Of a stretch of 32,753 nt of DNA, positions 9,964 to 16,671 are shown in pieces. The notes under the pieces were generated by a model. That model was given only the letters and a program-made list of their open reading frames with translations, was not told the origin of the DNA and ran no database searches. Position 1 is the first letter of the stretch. Each line of letters begins with the position of its first letter. The translations under genes were made by a program, and so were the position numbers. Source of the stretch: an uncultured Veillonellaceae bacterium (lineage in GTDB: Bacteria > Bacillota > Negativicutes > UBA1444); the NCBI GenBank assembly GCA_964609115.1, contig CAZSRN010000003.1, forward strand, positions 1-32,753, in the 5' to 3' direction.

Positions 9964-9994
9964 GCTGAATGAGTACTTGCACTACTCATTCAGC
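9964..9994. repeat. Perfect 12-bp inverted repeat GCTGAATGAGTA-N7-TACTCATTCAGC in the nifH upstream region; candidate operator or leader hairpin
   Basis: Read directly from the sequence. The centre lies about 130 nt upstream of the nifH ATG. T-rich sequence flanks it only on the plus strand (TTTAATTTTTTA); the minus-strand side is followed by GAGGGTGG. Confidence 0.6.
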
Positions 9995-10052
9995 TTTAAT
10001 TTTTTATCTACTTGCGTCGCCCCCTTTGCTTCGTTTTATATCATGGATATTG

Positions 10053-10095
10053 CCGAAAAGAAAAAGCTTAAGACAACTATTTTTGTCTTAAGCTT
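10053..10095 (-). terminator. Intrinsic terminator (second of two) downstream of the GltD-like gene, upstream of the nifH promoter region
   Basis: Perfect 11-bp stem AAGCTTAAGAC/GTCTTAAGCTT (10064-10074 / 10085-10095). On the minus strand it is followed by TTTTTCTTTTC. Confidence 0.7.
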
Positions 10096-10111
10096 CTCTG
10101 CTCAAAATCCG

Positions 10112-10156
10112 GCTAAAACAAAATCAAGGCTTGCGAATAAAACGATTCGCAAGCCT
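10112..10156 (-). terminator. Intrinsic terminator (first of two) downstream of the GltD-like gene
   Basis: Perfect 12-bp stem AGGCTTGCGAAT/ATTCGCAAGCCT (10127-10138 / 10145-10156) with a 6-nt loop. The minus strand continues TTGATTTTGTTTTA; the plus strand continues CTTTGCTTTTT. Confidence 0.7.
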
Positions 10157-10254
10157 CTTTGCTTTTTAACATCCTATGATATTTGTAAACAATATAGCAT
10201 AAATGTTTTTCTCGTGCAAGCATTTGTTAAAAGTCGGAAAATTTAAATGCCTCG

Positions 10255-11622
10255 TTAACAGTTTTCCATTAGTTTCTTCGCTTCGACATACTGGGCAATC
10301 CCGGCGGCCACTTTCTTTGCTTCCTTCATTGCCAGTACTACAGTCGCCGGTTCATGCACGACATCACCGCCGGCAAAAACTCCCCGGCGCGTTGTCATGC
10401 CATAAGGGCGATCCCTTGTAATCACATACCCGTTTTTGTCCACGTCGATTCCCCGAGTTGTCGAAACGATTCGAGCCGCCGGGCGTTGTCCAATGGCCAA
10501 CAGCAAGACATCCGCCGGAATCGTTTCCCGCTGCCCCGTGGGTTGCAACTCATTATTTGCCGAAAGTGTCTGCGCCTCGCACTCCAACGCCGTCACTTTA
10601 TTGCCGCCGATAATTGCAACCGGACTGACCAGCCAATGAAACTCTACTCCTTCATTCCGCGCCGCTTCGAACTCAGCTCGTTCCGCAGCGATTTCTTTTT
10701 CCGTCCGCCGGTAAACGACGGTCACTTTGGCCGCACCCAGACGCAATGCGGTTCGCGCCGCGTCCATGGCCACATTCCCGGCCCCTACGATTACGACACG
10801 ATCCCGAGCCGCCACCGGTATTTCCTTGGGGTCCAAGTTTCCTGAACGTGTGAGCGCCACCATCCCCAAAAAATAAGTCGCCTGAACAACACCCGGCAAA
10901 TCTTCGCCGGGAAGATTCAATGTCTTGGCCAATGCGGTTCCCGTACCGATAAAGATCGCGTCGAATTCGTCTTCGAACAAGGCGTCCACCGTGATATCCG
11001 GACCCACCAGAACATGAGTCCGGATATCAACACCCAATTCCTGTATCCGGCGAATTTCTCGCCGAACAATATCTTTGCCCAAACGGAATTCAGGAATTCC
11101 ATATATCAGTACGCCGCCCGGTTCTGACTGCGCCTCAAAAATCGTCACCGCAAAACCAAGCTTGGCCAAGTCGCCGGCCACCGTCAATCCAGCCGGACCC
11201 GAACCGATTACCGCAACTTTTCCCTGTGGCGGAAGTTCATTCTTATGAATATGAATCCCCATCTCAGCATCAAAATCCGCAATAAACCGTTCCAATTTTC
11301 CGACCTGAATGCCGCAATTTTTCCGGGTTAGCACGCAGGAGCCTTCACATTGCCGTTCATGCGGACATACCCGACCGCACACTGCCGGCAGACTGCTGCG
11401 CTTGGCAATGATTGCGCTGGCTTCGCCGATATTGCCATTTGCCAGAGCATGAATGAAGTTGGGGATATCGTTGCCGATTGGACAGCCCTTGCGGCAAAGC
11501 GGCGTTGCACAATTCAAACAGCGTTTCGCTTCAGAAATTGCTTCTTTGGTCGTAAAACCGGCGTCAATTTCGTCAAATGACAACTCAGGCTGCGAAAAAT
11601 CAGTTTTTTTGTCGATCAGCAA
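10255..11622 (-). CDS. Glutamate synthase small-subunit-like (GltD / homotetrameric GltA-type) NAD(P)H-dependent FAD/Fe-S oxidoreductase
   Basis: 455 aa. N-terminal Cys clusters CLNCATPLCRKGCP and CGRVCPHERQCEGSC, then VAVIGSGPAGLTVAGDL (dinucleotide fold) and a second VVIVGAGNVAMDAART. TTG start at 11622 with AAAGGAG 8 nt upstream, overlapping the GNAT stop. Confidence 0.85.
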   Translation of the reverse strand: MLIDKKTDFSQPELSFDEIDAGFTTKEAISEAKRCLNCATPLCRKGCPIGNDIPNFIHALANGNIGEASAIIAKRSSLPAVCGRVCPHERQCEGSCVLTRKNCGIQVGKLERFIADFDAEMGIHIHKNELPPQGKVAVIGSGPAGLTVAGDLAKLGFAVTIFEAQSEPGGVLIYGIPEFRLGKDIVRREIRRIQELGVDIRTHVLVGPDITVDALFEDEFDAIFIGTGTALAKTLNLPGEDLPGVVQATYFLGMVALTRSGNLDPKEIPVAARDRVVIVGAGNVAMDAARTALRLGAAKVTVVYRRTEKEIAAERAEFEAARNEGVEFHWLVSPVAIIGGNKVTALECEAQTLSANNELQPTGQRETIPADVLLLAIGQRPAARIVSTTRGIDVDKNGYVITRDRPYGMTTRRGVFAGGDVVHEPATVVLAMKEAKKVAAGIAQYVEAKKLMENC

Positions 11623-11635
11623 CAGCGTTTCTCCT

Positions 11636-12088
11636 TTATAATTCCATTGTCATTGCAGTTTCGTCACAATTGGGGAACTTACTGCAATTGATACAGTCGC
11701 GCCAAACTTTGTGGGGCAGTTCTTCCTTGCTGATTTCTTTAAATCCGGATGCCGTAAAAAATTCGGGATGATAGGTCAACACAAACAATTTGCGAATCCC
11801 CAGTTGCCGCGCTTCTGCAATAATCGACGCAACAATCTTCAAGCCGACGCCACTGCGCAAATGTTGGGGAGATACCGTCAATGCCCTCACTTCCGCCAAT
11901 CCGTCCCACGCTAAAGTCAAAGCTCCCGTTCCCACAATTTTTCCGCTCTGCTCGGCCACTGTAAAATCTCGCAGCGTTTCAAAAATCGAATGGCGGGACC
12001 GTGGCAAAACCAGCTCCCGCTCCGCATAATAATCAACCAAATTATATATTTCTTCAATATCCGCCAATACTGCTTTTCGAATTTTCAC
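11636..12088 (-). CDS. GNAT-family N-acetyltransferase (amino-acid / N-acetylglutamate-synthase-like)
   Basis: 150 aa. The acetyl-CoA motif region is LTVSPQHLRSGVGLKIVASIIAEARQLG. The C-terminal HKVWRDCINCSKFPNCDE tail is seen in short ArgA-like GNATs. GTG start with GGGGGTG upstream. Confidence 0.8.
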   Translation of the reverse strand: MKIRKAVLADIEEIYNLVDYYAERELVLPRSRHSIFETLRDFTVAEQSGKIVGTGALTLAWDGLAEVRALTVSPQHLRSGVGLKIVASIIAEARQLGIRKLFVLTYHPEFFTASGFKEISKEELPHKVWRDCINCSKFPNCDETAMTMEL

Positions 12089-12109
12089 TTACGCACCCCC
12101 GCACATTCA

Positions 12110-12138
12110 ATTAAATTGATTCGTATTAAGTTCGACAA
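12110..12138 (-). promoter_or_regulatory. Candidate sigma-A-type promoter for the GNAT/GltD-like operon
   Basis: On the minus strand, TTGTCG-N17-TTTAAT (-35 at 12133-12138, -10 at 12110-12115), about 20 nt upstream of the GTG. Confidence 0.3.
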
Positions 12139-12178
12139 TTTCAGTGTTTTTCCTTTTGCCTGTCTGCATTTTTCCGCA

Positions 12179-13498
12179 TTACTCCAAGATTTTTTTCAAT
12201 ACAATTCGATACATTTTGCGGGGTCGGCCGGCTCCCCGATATTCCTCGCCTGTTTCGACCGCCATTCCATTTGCCGCCAATGTTCCCAGCAGGCGTCTTG
12301 CATTGCGTTCGGTCATGGAAAGATACTGCGCCAACGTTTCGGCGCCCAATATTTCCCCGTCAATTTTCGCAAAAACCGATATCAGCCGATTCAACGTCGT
12401 CCCACTTACATTCAGTTGTTTTGCCAAGGCCAGGGTTTCGGCATTGTCACTCCGGATGGAATATCGCAATTGAAGTTCCGAATTCAAAGGGCCGACGACC
12501 ATCTTATCATCCAGTACCACCATCCATTTTCCCTTTCCTTTTCGTTTCGCCAATCCAAGCGCGATCATGGCGTTTTCATTGGCATTGTATGCGGTATCGC
12601 CAAACCCGATTCCTCCGCTGATCGTGATGGCCAGGCGCTTACCGGCCTCATCCATAATCGGCATACGGGTAAATCCCTGGGTAATTTCTTCCATGGCTCC
12701 CCGAGTCGAATAAATAATAAACCGGCCGTTTCCCTGCATCACAATCGCGCCCTTTACCTTCTCGGCAAAATTCAGCAGAATTTCATGCAATTGCAATTCG
12801 ACTTTCAGTACGGCATAGCCGGAAACCGCCTCGCGGCTGAAATCGTCATACCCATCCATTGCGATATGCAAGATGGCAATTTGTCCCGCTTTGGACAATA
12901 ATGCATCCGCTTTGCTCACGGCCAGATCCAACATCGAGCGAATATTGCTCTTGGTCGGCCAAATTCTAAAAGCCACGACACCATGACGCTTCAATTCTTG
13001 ATAAGTAGCATAAAAACAGGTCACTGCCACTTTTGTTTTTCCCGCGTTCCACAAATCAAGATGAAACTTGGTGAGTTCACTGGCGGAAACGACATTGTCA
13101 TAATCATTTACATAGATTTGCGGCAGCGCCGTCTGCGCATCTTCAAAATTTTCAATGATTTCCTGTCGGCTAAATGTATCAAAGCTCATACTGCCGACCG
13201 GTCGGTTTTCCCTTGCCAAATAGAGCAGCACCCGGTAAATGCTGGTTCCCGTATGCGGCATAAACAACTTGGGGGTAATGCTGTCTTTCACCGCAATCGC
13301 ATAACGATAGGGTACCTTGCCGGAAAACATCCACATGTCGACATCTCCGTCATGGCGACGGATAATATCCGGAACCTCGGATGCATCTTCATATATATAC
13401 CCTGCAACAATCATTTTTTCCAGGTAATCGGCAGCGACTTCCTCAATAAGTTTTACCGAATCACCAGGACCAACGACGCCAATTCTAATTTTTCGCAT
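12179..13498 (-). CDS. Putative transcriptional regulator: N-terminal sensor-like region, GGDEF-like (degenerate) domain and C-terminal helix-turn-helix
   Basis: ITISGGIGFGDTAYNANENAMIALGLAKRKGKGK resembles a GGDEF-like fold lacking GGDEF/GGEEF. The C-terminal LSMTERNARRLLGTLAANGMAVETGEE..GRPRKMYRI looks like a winged HTH. I prefer the ATG at 13498 (MRKIRIGVVGPG), which has GAGG upstream, over 13519. The gene is divergent from the M20/AbgT pair. Confidence 0.65.
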   Translation of the reverse strand: MRKIRIGVVGPGDSVKLIEEVAADYLEKMIVAGYIYEDASEVPDIIRRHDGDVDMWMFSGKVPYRYAIAVKDSITPKLFMPHTGTSIYRVLLYLARENRPVGSMSFDTFSRQEIIENFEDAQTALPQIYVNDYDNVVSASELTKFHLDLWNAGKTKVAVTCFYATYQELKRHGVVAFRIWPTKSNIRSMLDLAVSKADALLSKAGQIAILHIAMDGYDDFSREAVSGYAVLKVELQLHEILLNFAEKVKGAIVMQGNGRFIIYSTRGAMEEITQGFTRMPIMDEAGKRLAITISGGIGFGDTAYNANENAMIALGLAKRKGKGKWMVVLDDKMVVGPLNSELQLRYSIRSDNAETLALAKQLNVSGTTLNRLISVFAKIDGEILGAETLAQYLSMTERNARRLLGTLAANGMAVETGEEYRGAGRPRKMYRIVLKKILE

Positions 13499-13588
13499 GG
13501 TATTCCTCGCTTTCTCCATTGGAGTATAGCATTTTTGACCATTTTTGTATTGTCTTCACTCAATCGCTGTATTTCTAAAAAACATTTT

Positions 13589-13613
13589 CATTTTATAAAC
13601 ATTGCATAAAATG
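13589..13613. promoter_or_regulatory. 8-bp inverted repeat CATTTTAT-N9-ATAAAATG in the divergent intergenic region; candidate operator
   Basis: Read directly. It lies in the AT-rich 257-bp spacer between the regulator (start 13498) and the amidohydrolase (start 13756). Confidence 0.3.
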
Positions 13614-13755
13614 TGTATATTCATGAATTATACGGAAATGTCTTTTATTTGTCCGTAATGTGTGATAGTATTTTTTCAAATAAATCATAGCATTAAAGGC
13701 ACAAAACAACAATTGATTTTTGGACACTATGCATAAGAAGTGGAGGATACACCCG

Positions 13756-14970
13756 ATGACGGCGGCACCCATTTTACCCAAAGAACTCGGGCAGATGATC
13801 GAATGGCGGCGAGCGTTGCATGCCAATCCCGAACTGAGCGGCAAGGAATACCAGACGCGGAACTTCATACTCCAGCAGCTTCACGCATTGGACATCCCAA
13901 CCCAAACATTTGAAAACCATGCAGGAATATTGGCGACCCTCCAGGGAAAAGGCCCCGGCGGCGTAGTTGCCTTACGGGCCGATATGGATGCGTTGCCCAT
14001 CAACGAAATCAACGACCTTCCTTATTGTTCCCGTAACGCAGATGTCATGCACGCCTGTGGACACGACGGACATATGGCCATGTTGCTGGGTGCGGCAACC
14101 GCCTTGAAAGAAAACCGCGATGCCTGGCGCGGAACCATCAAACTGGTGTTTCAACCCGCCGAAGAAGCTGCGCCGCATGGCGGATCTCCCTGGATGATCG
14201 CCGACGGAGTACTCGAAAACCCAAAAGTCGACATGATGTTCGGGATGCACCTGTGGCCCGACATCCATTATGGCGACATCGGTATTTGCAGAGGGACAAT
14301 GATGGCCTCTTCCGACCGGTTTACCCTCAAGTTGCTTGGCGCCGGGGCCCACGCCGGGGCGCCTCATCAAGGAATCGACTCAATAATGATGACCTCTGAC
14401 GTCTTGACCGCGCTCAGCCGGATCATTCACAGGCAAACCGACCCGCGCGAAACCGCGACGATCAATATCGGAACGATCCACGGCGGCGAACGTTATAATG
14501 TAGTTGCCAAAGAAGTTATTCTCGAAGGTACCGTCAGAACCCTGAACGAAACCGTTCGCAAGGAAATCCCCGAACGGATGCAGCGGATGATTCAGGGCAT
14601 TTGTGACGGATATGGCGGAAAATACGAACTGAATTATCAATTTGGTTATCCCAGTCTGCAAAACGCACCCGATGAAACAGGCTTTGTTGTTTTGGCCGCC
14701 AGTCGCTTTCTGGGAACCGACCATGTTCTGTCTGATCACAAACCGGTTCTAGGCGCAGAAGATTTTGCCTTTTTTGCTGAAAAAGTTCCTTCCGCTTATT
14801 TCTTTGTCGGCTGCGGTACCCCAAATGTTCCGATCCGTCCATTACACAGCGGCAATTTCAATTTTGACGAACGGGCATTATTTGTCGGAGCGCAAGTCAT
14901 GGAGGAAACCGCCCTTGCGGCGTTAACTTTCCTGGAAAGAAAAAACAAGAATAATGAAGGAGGAATTTAA
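13756..14970 (+). CDS. Peptidase M20D-family amidohydrolase (N-acyl-amino-acid / hippurate hydrolase, AbgA/AbgB-like)
   Basis: Contains RRALHANPELSGKEYQT, ALRADMDALP, MHACGHDGH and FQPAEE metal-ligand motifs. I prefer the ATG at 13756, with GGAGG 9 nt upstream, over the ORF-track start at 13720. Confidence 0.88.
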   Translation: MTAAPILPKELGQMIEWRRALHANPELSGKEYQTRNFILQQLHALDIPTQTFENHAGILATLQGKGPGGVVALRADMDALPINEINDLPYCSRNADVMHACGHDGHMAMLLGAATALKENRDAWRGTIKLVFQPAEEAAPHGGSPWMIADGVLENPKVDMMFGMHLWPDIHYGDIGICRGTMMASSDRFTLKLLGAGAHAGAPHQGIDSIMMTSDVLTALSRIIHRQTDPRETATINIGTIHGGERYNVVAKEVILEGTVRTLNETVRKEIPERMQRMIQGICDGYGGKYELNYQFGYPSLQNAPDETGFVVLAASRFLGTDHVLSDHKPVLGAEDFAFFAEKVPSAYFFVGCGTPNVPIRPLHSGNFNFDERALFVGAQVMEETALAALTFLERKNKNNEGGI

Positions 14971-16551
14971 GTGAGTCGTCCAAATCCTGATTCGTCGACC
15001 GCAGGAGAAGGGACTTCAAGCGTCCTGCAACGTTTTCTGGATGTTTTGGAGTATGTCGGAAACAAATTTCCATCCCCTTTCACCCTCTTTATCAGTCTTG
15101 CCTTTGGAGTCCTTGCGCTATCATTTATTTTCGAAGGGGCCTCCGCTACCTACATGGGAGCAGGCAACAAAATGATTACCGTCAAAGTCATAAATCTGAT
15201 CAACGTGTCTTCGTTCCAGTCCTTTCTGGCGGATATGGTGAAAAATTTTGTTTCCTTCCCGCCGCTCGGCTTGGTCGTCGTTATGATGATGGCCATGGGC
15301 ATCGCTGAAAGCACCGGGCTGGTTACAGCGCTGGTTCGGCGTGTTTTGCTCAACGTTCCTTCCTGGGGAGTCACCGCCGCCATTATGTGTCTGGGCATCA
15401 ACGGAAACTTGGCTTCCGATGCAGCCACCGTATTTATGCCGGCCGTCGCGGCTGCCGTATTCGCAGGCATGGGACGTAATCCATTGGTTGGCATGTCCGT
15501 TGCCTTCGCCGGCACCCAAGCCGGATTCAGCGCCAACTTCCTTCCTGCAGGAACCGACGCATTGATCGCCGGAATCACGGCCACCGCCACAAAAATACTG
15601 CCGCAAACCATGAACTCTCCCGTACATGTCCTGATTAATTATTATTTCATGTCTTCGTCGGTTATCATTCTGACCATCGTTGGAACATTGGTTGCCGAAA
15701 AAATAGTAGCGCCTCGGCTTGATCGATTTATGCCCTACATGGATCTCTCCGCTGTTACACAATCACATGAGTTGACCGCAGAAGAAAAGCGCGGATTAAA
15801 GTATGCCGGATGGACCACCGTCATCTATATTCTGATTCTGCTTGCCATGTGCATGCCGGAAAACGGCTGGCTGCGAGACCCAAAAACTCATGCTCTAGTT
15901 CCAAAATCGCCGTTGCTGTCCGGCATTATCCCCTTGATCTTCATTTTCTTTGTATCTGTCGGAATGGCTTTTGGCATTGGCAAAGGCGTTATCAAAAGCG
16001 AAGCGGATATCCCAAAATTGATGGCCAACGGTGTTAGCGGTTCGGTCAGCTTCATTGTGCTTGCCATGGCCGCCTCACAGTTTATCGCTTGGTTCACCAA
16101 AAGCAACTTGGCTACTGTCATCGCAATACAAGGAGCGCACTTTTTGCAGTCCGTCAATTTTACAGGAATTCCTTTGGTCATCGGGTTCATGTTTCTGTCC
16201 GGCCTTGCCGACTTCCTGTTAATCAGCGGCTCAGCCAAATGGGTTTTCTTTGCCCCAATTTTTGTTCCCATGTTCGGCCTCTTGGGTTATGAACCGGCTG
16301 TCGTTCAGGCGGCCTACCGCGTAGGCGAAAGCATCACCAACCCAATCAGCCCCCTTAATTACTACATTCCGGTTATGTTGGGAATTATCACCCACTATGT
16401 AAAAACCGGCGAAAAGAAAATTGGCTATGGAACCATTATTGCCGCCCAACTTCCGTTTGCATTCTGGTTTGCCATCGCCTGGGGCGGCTGGCTGGTTATG
16501 TTTATGCTGTTCGATTGGCCCTTGGGTCCCGGCGCAAAAATCTATCTATAG
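14971..16551 (+). CDS. AbgT-family (p-aminobenzoyl-glutamate type) transporter
   Basis: 526 aa polytopic membrane protein. The N-terminal RFLDVLEYVGNKFPSPFTLF pattern is typical of AbgT/MtrF. The GTG start directly abuts the upstream TAA, with GGAGG upstream. Confidence 0.85.
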   Translation: MSRPNPDSSTAGEGTSSVLQRFLDVLEYVGNKFPSPFTLFISLAFGVLALSFIFEGASATYMGAGNKMITVKVINLINVSSFQSFLADMVKNFVSFPPLGLVVVMMMAMGIAESTGLVTALVRRVLLNVPSWGVTAAIMCLGINGNLASDAATVFMPAVAAAVFAGMGRNPLVGMSVAFAGTQAGFSANFLPAGTDALIAGITATATKILPQTMNSPVHVLINYYFMSSSVIILTIVGTLVAEKIVAPRLDRFMPYMDLSAVTQSHELTAEEKRGLKYAGWTTVIYILILLAMCMPENGWLRDPKTHALVPKSPLLSGIIPLIFIFFVSVGMAFGIGKGVIKSEADIPKLMANGVSGSVSFIVLAMAASQFIAWFTKSNLATVIAIQGAHFLQSVNFTGIPLVIGFMFLSGLADFLLISGSAKWVFFAPIFVPMFGLLGYEPAVVQAAYRVGESITNPISPLNYYIPVMLGIITHYVKTGEKKIGYGTIIAAQLPFAFWFAIAWGGWLVMFMLFDWPLGPGAKIYL

Positions 16552-16570
16552 TTGCAAAAACAACTCAAAC

Positions 16571-16612
16571 AAAAGAGAACGGCAGGCAATCATTTGTCCG
16601 CCGTTCTCTTTT
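16571..16612. terminator. Bidirectional intrinsic terminator between convergent abgT-like and feoB
   Basis: 12-bp stem AAAGAGAACGGC/GCCGTTCTCTTT, with A-rich sequence on the 5' side and T-rich sequence (TGTTATTATT) on the 3' side. Confidence 0.7.
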
Positions 16613-16671
16613 GTTATTATTGCTGATCAACAATACCGAACCTTGTTCAGGTGCTTTTCCTGTATCATCCG

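Noticed and set aside
9977-10246. An 89-aa plus-strand ORF in the nifH upstream region.
   Set aside because: It runs straight through three strong hairpin or terminator elements and AT-rich promoter DNA. It has no SD and an implausible composition.
11990-12901. A 303-aa plus-strand ORF overlapping the GNAT start and the regulator gene.
   Set aside because: It is antisense to two well-supported minus-strand genes. The translation is low-complexity and rich in F/Q/R/I, and there is no RBS.
15121-15762. Minus-strand ORFs of 213 and 153 aa inside the AbgT transporter gene. Similar antisense ORFs occur at 22779-23378, 23516-24070, 24345-24872 and 29213-30037.
   Set aside because: All lie antisense within long genes that have clear family signatures. 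They are Gly/Arg/His-rich shadow translations with no translation signals.
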